This document shows, one piece after another, positions 48,356 to 58,159 of a stretch of DNA of 64,000 bases (within the stretch, counting starts at the first letter, position 1; each line of letters opens with the position of its first letter). The stretch spans positions 4,847-68,846 of IMG/VR virus record IMGVR_UViG_3300029288_000010. The stretch is one strand, 5' to 3'. The stretch is from a virus. Lineage: Duplodnaviria; Caudoviricetes. A program made the position numbers and the translations under genes. Under the pieces are notes generated by a model. That model saw only the letters and a program-made list of their open reading frames with translations, had not been told where the DNA came from and did no database searches.

Positions 48356-50002
48356 TTGGCAACTAGAAAAGAGGATTATTCTAAATGGAGAATTACCAAT
48401 AGATTTAAGGTTCCAAATGTTCACATTAGATTCACTACTCCTATATTTAAGGACATTATAACTGGCAAGATGAATAAGTATCAAATAAAGATACTTTTAT
48501 TTGTTTTACACAATAAAGTTGATAATGTTCTTAACCTATCTAAGGCAATAGGATGTCCTACAAGATCTTATGAGGTTGGTAAGGCACTAGATAGTCTAAA
48601 GAACTATAAAATTATAAAAGATAAGCTTGTATATGAAGAAGGATTCGAAGGACTACCAGACCACTTAATAACAGTTAAGGTTGAAAAGATATACCATCTT
48701 ATTGATGATAATTTTAGACCAACACAGGAATTATTAGCCAAACCATGTGAAAATATGATAATGAATGAAGTTGCTTATAGGTTTTGTATAGAGTCAATAG
48801 CTAGTGCATTTAAAATAAGGCTACTATTGGTTTGCATAAGTCTATATAGATATATAGATTCAATGCAAGATATCCAGAATTATTTAGAGGTTAGAAGTAG
48901 AAGTGAAAGGATAAGGGAGTATTTAAAGTTATTTATTGAAGATATGAGAATAGTTTACTCAGAGAATTTAAAGAAGGTTTTATGGCCAGACTATTTCTGG
49001 AACGATGAGGTTGATGCAAGGAATGAATTAAAGACAACTGTAATATCCAATGATGATAAAAGAAAAGAAAGAAAAGTAACAAAAGAAATAAAAGAAAATA
49101 ATTCCTTATTAAAAAATAAATATATATATAATAAATATAAACTATGCGGAAAAGCAATAATAAGTCCAAAAGGGAGATTGGTAGGGAGAGTAACTTCAGA
49201 GTGGTATGCCAAGAATTTAGAGGACAATAGAAGAGACATAATTGCGCAATGTGGACTTACAGAAGAGATTTATGGAAACAAAAACAAGCCGGAGGTTATA
49301 AATATGAATAGTCTTTGCGAAGCATTGCAAAATTCAGTAGGATTCAAGAAGTCAAAAAGGCACTCAATTCCAAAAAACAATAGAGATGTTAGTGTTGAAT
49401 TTTCTACAATAAGGTCTCTTGATAAGGCAACTATTGATGCTATAAATAATCACACTAAGGCTATGCTTTTCTTGGACAACTACAATCCATTCATTGATGC
49501 TCCAATAGATTTTACATTTGACCTTAATGGAAAAAGATTTAGAATATACAATCCCCTGTATGAGATGAAAAAGATAATAGACAAGTATGATGAATTAGTG
49601 TCTGGTAGGGTTAAAAAAGCAAAAAATCAATACCAAAGTAGGGTTTCATCTGGGACTAGAAGGATGGTTAGTGAATTCTACTTTAGATGCTTTAACTCAC
49701 AAATAGACCCAATTCTATTCCTTGACTACTTAAATGAAAACCTATGGAAAGGCAGGAAGAGTATTGCTTTCAGGGAAATAATTTCAAAGCCTGCATTGAG
49801 TTTGATGATGAAATTTCACGATAAGTATTGGAAGGAATATGCAAAAAAGCTTAGGGATATTGCAGATGAAATAGTTGTGAAAAAAGAATTTGTAAAAAAA
49901 TGTATTAAGGAAGATAGCCCAGAAGAAATAGAAAGAATAAATGCAAGAAAAGAATTATTATTAAAACAAAGAAAACAAATATTAGAGGAGTTTAGTAAAT
50001 GA
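48356..50002 (+). CDS. Putative replication initiator/origin-binding protein
   Basis: TTG start; HTH-like N-terminal repeats; low-complexity K/N linker; coupled to dnaB. Confidence 0.45.
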   Translation: MATRKEDYSKWRITNRFKVPNVHIRFTTPIFKDIITGKMNKYQIKILLFVLHNKVDNVLNLSKAIGCPTRSYEVGKALDSLKNYKIIKDKLVYEEGFEGLPDHLITVKVEKIYHLIDDNFRPTQELLAKPCENMIMNEVAYRFCIESIASAFKIRLLLVCISLYRYIDSMQDIQNYLEVRSRSERIREYLKLFIEDMRIVYSENLKKVLWPDYFWNDEVDARNELKTTVISNDDKRKERKVTKEIKENNSLLKNKYIYNKYKLCGKAIISPKGRLVGRVTSEWYAKNLEDNRRDIIAQCGLTEEIYGNKNKPEVINMNSLCEALQNSVGFKKSKRHSIPKNNRDVSVEFSTIRSLDKATIDAINNHTKAMLFLDNYNPFIDAPIDFTFDLNGKRFRIYNPLYEMKKIIDKYDELVSGRVKKAKNQYQSRVSSGTRRMVSEFYFRCFNSQIDPILFLDYLNENLWKGRKSIAFREIISKPALSLMMKFHDKYWKEYAKKLRDIADEIVVKKEFVKKCIKEDSPEEIERINARKELLLKQRKQILEEFSK

Positions 50003-51318
50003 CAGAATTAGTTAGAGTGCCACCCTGTAATTTAGATGCTGAGAGTGCAATACTTGGAATAATCCTAATTGACAATAGTAAGTTTCATTTAATATCAGGG
50101 ATGATCAATGAGTCTGATTTTTATAATTCCAATTTGAGAAAAATTTATTCCATCATAAAAATTATGATCAATGACAATAGGCCATGTGACCTTCTAACAT
50201 TAAAAGATGAATTGTTAAACAATGGATTACTAGATCAAGTTGGAGGGATATCTGCTATAACTAGGCTACTTGATGACATCTCAAGCCCTGTAAATGTAGA
50301 GTATTATGCTCAAATAATAAGGGACAAGTCAATGCTTAGAAAAGTTATACAAGTTGGTAATACAATGACAACAAAAGGCTATGAAGCTAAAGAAGACCCA
50401 ATATCAATCATAGAAGATGTTGAAAATTCAATAGAAGAAATAATTGGAGCTGAATTAAGTAGAGAAGCTGAAAAGATGGGAGAAGTTGACCGTGATTTTA
50501 TGGAAAAAATGATGGACCAATATGAGAACCCAGAGTCATACGGCAACCTATATACTGGATTTAGGAACTTCGACACAATAGTTGGGGGGTTAAGAAAGCA
50601 AGATCTTATTATAATAGCAGGAAGACCTAGTACTGGTAAAACTTCATTTGCACTAACAATCACTAAACATGTAGCCTTTAAAGGAAAGAAGGTTTTATTT
50701 TTATCACTAGAGCAAAGTATAGATGCTATTAAGAATAGGTTATTGTCAATGGAAACAGAGGCGGATCTTAGGATATTTAAAACTGGTAGTAATGACAAGA
50801 TTATATTAAATAAGATTATCATAGCATCATATGAATATAGCAAAAGAGACCTTTTTATTAGTGACAACCCAATGTCAATAGATCAAATATGCTCTATAGC
50901 AAAAAGATATAAACTGGTTCATGACATAGACTTGTTGGTTATTGACTATTTGGGCTTAATTGATGTCAATGATATGGAAAATAGAAATGCAGAAGTTGCT
51001 AAAATGTCAAGGAAAATAAAAGGACTTGCTAAAAAATTAGACATCCCAATAATACTACTTAGCCAATTAAATAGGTTAGTAGAGACAAGGAGTTTAAAGA
51101 AACCACAGTTGAGTGACTTAAGAGACTCCGGAGCTTTAGAGCAGGATGCTGATGTTGTAGTATTGCTGTGGTCAGAAGCTATAGATGTTGAAAGTGGTGG
51201 ATATGCTACATGTGTAGATGGTATTCCAGTTAAAGTAATAATTGCTAAAAATAGAGATGGCACAACTGGAGTTGTTGACATGAAATTCCAAAGAAGCTGT
51301 GTCTTGTATAAGGAGTGA
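49999..51318 (+). CDS. dnaB: Replicative DNA helicase DnaB
   Basis: PP.NL.AE.AILG, GRPSTGKT, SLE, VIDYL, LSQLNR, P.LSDLRDSG..EQDAD, AKNR.G. Confidence 0.96.
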   Translation: MTELVRVPPCNLDAESAILGIILIDNSKFHLISGMINESDFYNSNLRKIYSIIKIMINDNRPCDLLTLKDELLNNGLLDQVGGISAITRLLDDISSPVNVEYYAQIIRDKSMLRKVIQVGNTMTTKGYEAKEDPISIIEDVENSIEEIIGAELSREAEKMGEVDRDFMEKMMDQYENPESYGNLYTGFRNFDTIVGGLRKQDLIIIAGRPSTGKTSFALTITKHVAFKGKKVLFLSLEQSIDAIKNRLLSMETEADLRIFKTGSNDKIILNKIIIASYEYSKRDLFISDNPMSIDQICSIAKRYKLVHDIDLLVIDYLGLIDVNDMENRNAEVAKMSRKIKGLAKKLDIPIILLSQLNRLVETRSLKKPQLSDLRDSGALEQDADVVVLLWSEAIDVESGGYATCVDGIPVKVIIAKNRDGTTGVVDMKFQRSCVLYKE

Positions 51319-51581
51319 TAATGAACTATATTTTTGAATATGAATCAGATTTTCAGAGTTATAATTGCTATGAACTTGCAATTCACTCTCCAATTTACTA
51401 TATTCTAGTACATAGGATATTTAATTATGTATTACGACAACATCAAAATGTATTTAATATTAAAAAGAAAGGAAATAAGTGTGTATTCTGGTCAATTAAC
51501 AATGTTGATAGTTGGGAAAAAGTAGAAAAAAACACTATTGAGATTAAAAGGAGGTTATTTAATGTTGCTACCAGAAACTAA
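51315..51581 (+). CDS. Hypothetical protein
   Basis: AAGGAG SD, 88 aa. Confidence 0.55.
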   Translation: MIMNYIFEYESDFQSYNCYELAIHSPIYYILVHRIFNYVLRQHQNVFNIKKKGNKCVFWSINNVDSWEKVEKNTIEIKRRLFNVATRN

Positions 51582-51744
51582 ATATGAGAAGTCAAGTGAT
51601 ATTTGTGAAAAACATAAAATATCACTGATAGTGGTAATGGACCCAATAGGCTGTTATTTATATAATTGCTATCAGTTCTGCCCAGAATGCAGTCCAAGTG
51701 AACCATTACCTCCTGGATTTACTATTGAAAGAAAGGAACAATAA
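51562..51744 (+). CDS. Small zinc-binding hypothetical protein
   Basis: Likely start 51562 (AAGGAGG SD); CxxH and CxxC. Confidence 0.55.
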   Translation: MLLPETKYEKSSDICEKHKISLIVVMDPIGCYLYNCYQFCPECSPSEPLPPGFTIERKEQ

Positions 51745-52778
51745 TGAAAAATATTGATAAACGAGTTATTGCAATACTGGAAACTTGTCCAAATGTATTA
51801 ATTTGTGACAAGATGAAAGTTGCAAAAAGAACAGTTAATTTATGGAAAATCAATCCAGAAAGGATGAGTGAAAAACACTCTATTGAATTAGTTAGGAAAT
51901 TAAATCAAAGTTTCCTTGACATTAGAAAAGGTGGATATGAGTCATTCCTTGAAAGGTTTGCAGAACCACAAATAAGGCTAAACAGGGTGGATTTACAAAT
52001 AAATGACAATGATAACTATAAAGATGTTGGGTTTATAGGTGATTTGCATGATGGATACCATACTTGCAATCAGAAGCTTATCAATGAAACAATAGAATAT
52101 TGTGTAGATTATAATATACCAATAGTGCTAATGGGAGATTTGGCTGAAATAGGGCAAAAAAGTTCAATAGGGGATTCTGTCTATACTCAAAAGAGACTAA
52201 TACAACAACAAATAGACAATCTTTTTGCAAGATTTGAGCCATTAGCAAAAAAAGACTTGATAATAGGTGTAATTAGAGGAAATCATGAAGCAAGAATACT
52301 CAAAACTACTGGAGTTGATATTATTAGAATAATGTGTAAGATGCTAAATATTGAGCATAGGTATTTAGGAGGAGCTTGTTGGAACTTATTTAAAGTTGGC
52401 AACGAGAGCTATGCTGTATATACAGTTCATGGAAGGTCATCTTCTAATTTCCAATGGACAAAGTTGGCATATTATGCAAGATTGGCTAATAATTTTGACT
52501 GTGACCTTCTTGCTGGTGCCCATGTCCATGATCTTGGGCATGTAAGAATAATAACCCAGAGATTAAATAAAGACAAAAAGGGTATAGTTAATCATACAAA
52601 GCATGTAATAACCACTGGAGGCTTCCTAGAGTATGATGGTGGCTATCCGCAGGAGAATTGTATGAATATTGCACAAATAGGATCTCCAAAGGCAAGATTT
52701 TATTCAAATGAACACAATATTTCTATACATGAACTGTTCTCTGGCAAAGAATATAGACCAAAAGAATGGAGTGAATAA
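51744..52778 (+). CDS. Calcineurin-like metallophosphoesterase with N-terminal HTH
   Basis: GDLH, MGD, GNHE, VHG, GAHVH. Confidence 0.85.
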   Translation: MKNIDKRVIAILETCPNVLICDKMKVAKRTVNLWKINPERMSEKHSIELVRKLNQSFLDIRKGGYESFLERFAEPQIRLNRVDLQINDNDNYKDVGFIGDLHDGYHTCNQKLINETIEYCVDYNIPIVLMGDLAEIGQKSSIGDSVYTQKRLIQQQIDNLFARFEPLAKKDLIIGVIRGNHEARILKTTGVDIIRIMCKMLNIEHRYLGGACWNLFKVGNESYAVYTVHGRSSSNFQWTKLAYYARLANNFDCDLLAGAHVHDLGHVRIITQRLNKDKKGIVNHTKHVITTGGFLEYDGGYPQENCMNIAQIGSPKARFYSNEHNISIHELFSGKEYRPKEWSE

Positions 52779-52779
52779 T

Positions 52780-53136
52780 ATGAAAAGAAATATGCACATT
52801 GAAAGGAAAAAGGCTGGAAGTGCACCAATATATCACAATTCCATATTGCAAAATTACAATAATGAGAATATGTGCAAATGGTGCAGCAGGAGCAATGATA
52901 ACTGTAAGGTTAGTGCAGTTATAATAAGAAGGATATCTCAAGATCATAAGATTAAAATATTGGTAACTGAGTGCCCATATTTTGTGGAAAAAACACAAGA
53001 GGAACCAAAGATTAAAACTAAAACAGATGTATATGCTTGCGGTACATGTGGGAATACCATAAAGGAAGGAATTAGCATATGCCCATTTTGTGGGTTTGAA
53101 AGAAATATTTCGCAAGAAGAGGAAAAAGATGAATAA
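52780..53136 (+). CDS. Double zinc-ribbon hypothetical protein
   Basis: CxxC...C...C and CxxC..CPxC; likely start 52780. Confidence 0.6.
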   Translation: MKRNMHIERKKAGSAPIYHNSILQNYNNENMCKWCSRSNDNCKVSAVIIRRISQDHKIKILVTECPYFVEKTQEEPKIKTKTDVYACGTCGNTIKEGISICPFCGFERNISQEEEKDE

Positions 53137-53140
53137 TGAC

Positions 53141-53170
53141 TTGCAATTTAAAAATTCAGGAATATATTAT
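53141..53170 (+). promoter_or_regulatory. sigma70-type promoter
   Basis: TTGCAA(53141-46), TATTAT(53165-70). Confidence 0.45.
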
Positions 53171-53206
53171 TTATTGTAACCTATTTAATAAGAAAGGAGA
53201 TATGGG

Positions 53207-53461
53207 ATGAAAGGTAAGATTTTAGCAATGTTTTTCATACTTGCAATATGTATAGGATATATTGGATGCGGACATAGCCTAACTGGCAGTGATTGTGAAA
53301 GAGATAGACCAGATGCTCCGTATGGATATTATCAATACTCTGAATATAAGAGTGGAGAGTACCACTCTATATCATATACAGATGGTCATGGAAGTTGGAT
53401 AACCTATACATCTAGTGATAAATGTAATGATTATGAAGAATCAACTTATAACACAAATTAG
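53207..53461 (+). CDS. Predicted lipoprotein
   Basis: Signal peptide with lipobox-like YIGC. Confidence 0.65.
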   Translation: MKGKILAMFFILAICIGYIGCGHSLTGSDCERDRPDAPYGYYQYSEYKSGEYHSISYTDGHGSWITYTSSDKCNDYEESTYNTN

Positions 53462-53472
53462 GAGGAATTGAT

Positions 53473-53688
53473 ATGGATAATATTGCAAAAATTATTGGGG
53501 CTATAGCAATAGCATTTTTTGTCATATTTTTAATATCTTGCATTGCTTGCCCATTTATTTACTTGCTATGGAATTGGATAATGCCAACATTATTTGGGCT
53601 AAACCACATAACGCTTGCCCAAGCATGGGGATTAAATATTCTATGTGGAATATTATTTAATAAACAAAGATTATCTTCAAAGAATTAG
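53473..53688 (+). CDS. Small two-TM membrane protein
   Basis: LWNWIMP.LFGL..IT..QA.GL pattern. Confidence 0.7.
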   Translation: MDNIAKIIGAIAIAFFVIFLISCIACPFIYLLWNWIMPTLFGLNHITLAQAWGLNILCGILFNKQRLSSKN

Positions 53689-53697
53689 GAGGAATTA

Positions 53698-54054
53698 ATG
53701 AATAGAGTAATTTTACTTGGTAAATTAACAAAAGACCCAGAGATGGGCACTACAAAGAAAGGCACTTCCTTAATGAAGATGTCCATAGTATGTAGTGAGT
53801 ATGTAAAACAAGGAGACCAATATAAGAACATTGAGACTTATGTTGACAATATAGCAGTATGGGGTAAGTATGCTGAATCTATAAATAGCCATCTGCATGA
53901 AGGGATGGATGTTATTATAGAGGGCAAACTTACAAGCAATGAATATGAAGGTAAGCACTATATAAATATCATGGCTGAAAAAGTTGAATTTATAAGAAGC
54001 CATGAAAGCTCTCCTAAATCTCAAACTGAAACAGATGGTGATGTGCCATTTTAA
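53698..54054 (+). CDS. ssb: Single-stranded DNA-binding protein
   Basis: MNRVILLG.LTKDPE, L.EG..V.IEG.L, acidic tail ending DVPF. Confidence 0.93.
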   Translation: MNRVILLGKLTKDPEMGTTKKGTSLMKMSIVCSEYVKQGDQYKNIETYVDNIAVWGKYAESINSHLHEGMDVIIEGKLTSNEYEGKHYINIMAEKVEFIRSHESSPKSQTETDGDVPF

Positions 54055-54063
54055 GGAGTAATT

Positions 54064-54324
54064 ATGCCAGACAATAATTTAAGATTGGAAGCAGAAGAAG
54101 GTTTTAAGGAAATAACAGACAGTTATTTTATAAATCTATGTAAAGAATATAATGAACTTGTTAGGGCAGTTGGTAAAGCTAAAAAGATCAAGAAGATACT
54201 AGAGCATAGATTTTCAGGTCAAAGGGTAGAAGTGCCAGGAGTTTGTAGAATAGATTTTTCTACTAAACTAAAGATGGAATATCAATTACTTGCTTCAGAT
54301 ATTGAAGAAGAGGATGGAGAATAA
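54064..54324 (+). CDS. Hypothetical protein (paralog of 60072..60305)
   Basis: Shared F.GQRVEV...CRID motif. Confidence 0.7.
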   Translation: MPDNNLRLEAEEGFKEITDSYFINLCKEYNELVRAVGKAKKIKKILEHRFSGQRVEVPGVCRIDFSTKLKMEYQLLASDIEEEDGE

Positions 54325-54325
54325 T

Positions 54326-54610
54326 ATGACAGATAAAAAACCTATGACAATAGAAGAAATATTTTCTAAATGCCAAGAGATATTTAATAATAGAAAGACT
54401 ATAAGAGGGACTCCAGAGAACTCTTTTCCTGTCCAAGCTAAGTTGGTAGATATTTTCCTTAACCAAAGGGACAAAAATAAACCAATAGGTCCAGATGACG
54501 TGTCTATGATATATGCTCTGCTTAAAATAGGTAGGGAGCTTAATGGAAGAGATGATGATAACATCATAGATGCCATTGTATATTTAGCAATATACCTTAC
54601 CCAAAAATAG
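54326..54610 (+). CDS. DUF6378-like all-alpha protein (dNTP pyrophosphohydrolase-related)
   Basis: R...RG.PENSF...A......DV....LLK..R.....D.I.D...Y pattern; likely start 54326. Confidence 0.6.
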   Translation: MTDKKPMTIEEIFSKCQEIFNNRKTIRGTPENSFPVQAKLVDIFLNQRDKNKPIGPDDVSMIYALLKIGRELNGRDDDNIIDAIVYLAIYLTQK

Positions 54611-54709
54611 AGTAACAATTTATGATATATAGAAAGGGTGATACCAATGAATTGTTAATTATTGTAAAAGTTGTTACAAGCCATACCGTACTATAAGACT
54701 TTAAAAAGC

Positions 54710-54734
54710 AAGCCCCATCATGGTGGTGGGGCTT
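54710..54734. terminator. Strong hairpin, probable terminator
   Basis: AAGCCCCATCA-tgg-TGGTGGGGCTT (11 bp including one G-T pair). Confidence 0.55.
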
Positions 54735-54758
54735 AATCAATACAAAGGAGGAATATAA

Positions 54759-55136
54759 TTGACAAGAAAAAAACATTTACAATCACATACATTTCATACA
54801 GAAACAGAATTTGGGCATTTATACGTAATAATAAGTGAAGATAATGATAATCCTTATGAATTATTTGCAATTATAGGAAAATCTGGAGATGAAATAGCAG
54901 CAATAACAGAAGCTATTGGAAGATTAGTTTCATTATGCTTTAAAAGTAGTATAGATATAGTAGAAGTATACAAACAACTGCATGGGATAGTAGGAAAATC
55001 AAAATGGACATCAGAAGGTAATGTTCTTTCTATTCCAGATGGGGTAGCAAGGTGTATAAGATACTATATGGAAAGTAAAAATATAGAAATAAAAGATGAA
55101 GATAGTAAAACAATAGGAAATAATGATGAAGTATAA
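54759..55136 (+). CDS. Stand-alone TSCPD/NrdJb-like domain protein
   Basis: T.FG.LYV.I.....PYELF..IGK.G....EAIGRL.SL.......V..QL.GI...SIPD.VA. Confidence 0.8.
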   Translation: MTRKKHLQSHTFHTETEFGHLYVIISEDNDNPYELFAIIGKSGDEIAAITEAIGRLVSLCFKSSIDIVEVYKQLHGIVGKSKWTSEGNVLSIPDGVARCIRYYMESKNIEIKDEDSKTIGNNDEV

Positions 55137-55692
55137 TGTAATATACTGTGATCCTCCTTATACTTATAGAAATATTAAAACTGGAGGGTCTATGAAATCT
55201 GGAGCATTAAATTTCTATCCAACAATAACCAATAAAGATCTAAAGTTATTGCCAATTAGTAATATTTGTGAAAAAGATTGTATTATGTTCCTTTGGGTAA
55301 CAGTGCCATTGATAGATGAAGGAATGGAATTATTGAAAAGTTGGGGATTTAAGTATAAAACAATGCTTACTTGGAGAAAGGTAATGTCTTTGGGACTTGG
55401 ATATCATTTTAGAGGTCAAACTGAACATATATTGGTTGGGATGAAAGGCAAAATTAAAGCTTTGAGATGCCAAGTTGAAAATATATATCAATGTAGAGCA
55501 TTAAAACACTCTGAAAAGCCAGAATATTTTAGAGGTCTAATAGAAATGGCAACTGAAAACATCCCCAGCAGGAAAATGGTAGAGTTATTTTCAAGAAAAA
55601 CTAATATACCATGCTGGAAAACAACAGGATTAGATTCAGATGGAATAGATATAAGAGACTTTTTAAAAGGAGAAGTAAGTGACAAAGGTTGA
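55123..55692 (+). CDS. MT-A70 family adenine methyltransferase
   Basis: YNVIYCDPPY, MFLWVT, WGFKY, W.K, GLGY.FR..TEH.L.G, HS.KP, ELF.R. Confidence 0.9.
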   Translation: MMKYNVIYCDPPYTYRNIKTGGSMKSGALNFYPTITNKDLKLLPISNICEKDCIMFLWVTVPLIDEGMELLKSWGFKYKTMLTWRKVMSLGLGYHFRGQTEHILVGMKGKIKALRCQVENIYQCRALKHSEKPEYFRGLIEMATENIPSRKMVELFSRKTNIPCWKTTGLDSDGIDIRDFLKGEVSDKG

Positions 55693-56437
55693 TCCTAAAT
55701 TAGAAGGTAGTAATATTGTAGATGTAATACCACATTCTGGATATTGCCCAAATGATTGTATTAGTTGTTATTACAATAGTAATTTCTACTTAGATATTAA
55801 GAAAGAATTGCCTTTATTGCCTAATCCTTCTAAATATGACTTGGACAAAACAATATTTAGAGTTAATTCTGGGCATGATTCTAATATGTTAAGAGAAATG
55901 GTAATAGAATCATGTAAGCAATATCCTTTAAAGTATTACAATACTGCAATACCAGAGAATATATCTAGATTTGATGCCCCTGTTATACTCACTGTAAATG
56001 GAGTAAATCATGATGATAGCCTTAGAATAGAATGGTGGCTACAAAAACTTACCAAAGAAGACATGAAAAACTTAATGGCAGTAAGATTTAGAGCAAATTG
56101 CTGGAATATTATACTATTAGATACTATATATAGGATATTTCATAAAAATAAAATACCAATCATAGTAACTCCAATGAGATATCAGCCCTGGTATCACAAT
56201 TATATGCCAAAGAAATACCATAAACATTATATTTTAGAGAAACACATAACTAACCAGTATTATGTTTTGAATAAAGAATCCTGGAATGCAATGAAATCAA
56301 TGCTACGATTAGAATATTTCTTTGGCAAGGTGGCAAAAAAAGTAACATACATGTGTGGAAAAACTTATGAAAACAAATATTGCAGAGATTGTGGGCAGTG
56401 TGAAAAGTTTTTCTGGGATTTCCATAACTCTAAATAG
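55679..56437 (+). CDS. Radical-SAM-like Fe-S protein
   Basis: CPNDCISC = CxxxCxxC near the N-terminus; C-terminal C-x8-CxxCxxC; GTG start. Confidence 0.65.
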   Translation: MTKVDPKLEGSNIVDVIPHSGYCPNDCISCYYNSNFYLDIKKELPLLPNPSKYDLDKTIFRVNSGHDSNMLREMVIESCKQYPLKYYNTAIPENISRFDAPVILTVNGVNHDDSLRIEWWLQKLTKEDMKNLMAVRFRANCWNIILLDTIYRIFHKNKIPIIVTPMRYQPWYHNYMPKKYHKHYILEKHITNQYYVLNKESWNAMKSMLRLEYFFGKVAKKVTYMCGKTYENKYCRDCGQCEKFFWDFHNSK

Positions 56438-56472
56438 TGGATATGCAACGTGACTACACGAAAGGAGTAAAA

Positions 56473-56775
56473 ATGCCAAGTTATAAAACATGCAATAAAT
56501 GTAACGGTAGATGCTGTGAGGAATTTACTATTCTAACAATACACTATGATGGGATAATGGAAGGAACAATACAAACACCAGATAAGAAACGAGACTTTAT
56601 TAAGGATATGATTATATTTAAGAATTATTCAGAATCTGGCAATAGAGTTATTTTAAATTGCAAGCATTTCGACAAAATATCAAGAATGTGCCTTGTATAT
56701 AATGATAGACCAGACATGTGTAAAATATTCAAATGTGATAAAATACCAGGCAGGAAGGGCAATGGAAATAAATAA
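56473..56775 (+). CDS. YkgJ/CxxCxxCC-type Zn/Fe-chelating protein
   Basis: CNKCNGRCC...C.HFD....C.VYNDRP.MC..F; AAAGGAG SD before ATG 56473. Confidence 0.8.
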   Translation: MPSYKTCNKCNGRCCEEFTILTIHYDGIMEGTIQTPDKKRDFIKDMIIFKNYSESGNRVILNCKHFDKISRMCLVYNDRPDMCKIFKCDKIPGRKGNGNK

Positions 56776-57550
56776 AATACTACAAGGAGATGTTTTAGAT
56801 AAGTTCCCAGAAATACCAGATAATTTTGTCCATCTCATAGTAACATCCCCTCCTTATAATGTTGGAATGCAATATGGAACAGATGACAGAAAGAATTATT
56901 CTCTATACTTAGATTTCATGAAAAATGTATTAACCCATTGCTATAGAGTTCTTATTCCAGGTGGGAGAATCTGCATAAACTTACCTTCTTCCATATTGCA
57001 ATCTACTAAATCAAGAATGGCATATTTAAGCATAGATATACTAATGATAATGAGGGAGATTGGATTTTTAGATAGAGAATTTGTAACTTGGATAAAAATG
57101 CCTAGAGGAGAACTTTCTGGAAACAATGTAACTTCATGGGGAAGTTGGATGTCTGCTTCTTGCCCTTACTTAAGAGATGCTTCTGAATTAGTAATAATAA
57201 TGGACAAAGAACAACGCAAGAGAACAGACAAGGCTGGCCCAAATGATATATCAAAAGAAGAGTTTCTAAGATTTACAACTAATTGCTGGTATATCCAACC
57301 TAACCCAGATAGAAGGGAGCATCCTGCTCCGTTTCCAGAAGAATTACCTTATAGATGTATTAAACTGTATTCTTGGCCAGGAGATGTTGTATTAGACCCG
57401 TTCATGGGCTCAGGGACTACAGCAGTCACTTGCGTAAAGAATAATAGGAACTACATAGGCATAGAGCTTTCAGAAAAGTTTTGCTATGTAGCATTTAAGA
57501 ATATAGAACAGGCAAGAATGCCTTTACTTAAACTAATGGAGGACAAATGA
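56762..57550 (+). CDS. N4-cytosine/N6-adenine DNA methyltransferase, beta class
   Basis: NKI.QGD, VTSPPYN, HPAPFPEELP, VLDPFMGSGTT, YIGIE; likely start 56762. Confidence 0.92.
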   Translation: MEINKILQGDVLDKFPEIPDNFVHLIVTSPPYNVGMQYGTDDRKNYSLYLDFMKNVLTHCYRVLIPGGRICINLPSSILQSTKSRMAYLSIDILMIMREIGFLDREFVTWIKMPRGELSGNNVTSWGSWMSASCPYLRDASELVIIMDKEQRKRTDKAGPNDISKEEFLRFTTNCWYIQPNPDRREHPAPFPEELPYRCIKLYSWPGDVVLDPFMGSGTTAVTCVKNNRNYIGIELSEKFCYVAFKNIEQARMPLLKLMEDK

Positions 57551-58155
57551 AAGTAGAATTATTATCAATAACACCAGAACCAGAAAAACATATAGAGTTG
57601 TGTGGAAGAACTTGTTATCAGTCTTATAGTAAAATTACAGAGGATTCTTCTTCAAGATTTATAAGAATGATATTAGAGAATGAGCATGAGTCTGTTTTAG
57701 AACATGCTTCTGCTACATTTAGGATATCAGGGATTTCCAGAGCAATGACACACCAGTTAGTAAGGCATAGATTAGCTTCATATTCCCAGAAGTCACAAAG
57801 ATATTGTAAGGAAGAGCAATTTGAATATGTTATGCCTCCATCCATTGAAAAACATAAAAATAAACTGCCTAAGGCTATTTATAAAAATATCATAGAAGAC
57901 ATGCAATATGCATATAGACATTTAATTGATTGTGGTGTACCTAAAGAAGATGCAAGGTTTATTCTCCCCAATGCTTGCACAACAGAAATAGTAATGACAG
58001 CAAACTTTAGGAATTGGAGACATATTATAAAGATGAGGTGTTCAAAACATGCACAGTGGGAAATTAGAGATGTAATGTGTGAAGTCTTAAAAGTTCTGTA
58101 TAGCAAAGCTCCAAGTGTATTTAGAGATTTATTTAACCTTTATATAGGAAACTAA
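57547..58155 (+). CDS. thyX: FAD-dependent thymidylate synthase
   Basis: HESVLEH, GISRAMTHQLVRHRLASYSQKSQRY, EDARFILP, HAQWEIR. Confidence 0.96.
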   Translation: MKVELLSITPEPEKHIELCGRTCYQSYSKITEDSSSRFIRMILENEHESVLEHASATFRISGISRAMTHQLVRHRLASYSQKSQRYCKEEQFEYVMPPSIEKHKNKLPKAIYKNIIEDMQYAYRHLIDCGVPKEDARFILPNACTTEIVMTANFRNWRHIIKMRCSKHAQWEIRDVMCEVLKVLYSKAPSVFRDLFNLYIGN

Positions 58156-58159
58156 AAAG

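Noticed and set aside
15904-51318. Inteins or introns in terL, recA, helicases, dnaB
   Set aside because: Lengths are ordinary, motifs are contiguous, and no homing endonuclease motifs are present
54648-54704. SD plus ATG followed by a Cys-rich reading in a shifted frame (possible decayed micro-gene)
   Set aside because: The ATG frame stops after three codons and the shifted peptide is under 20 aa, which is too little to support
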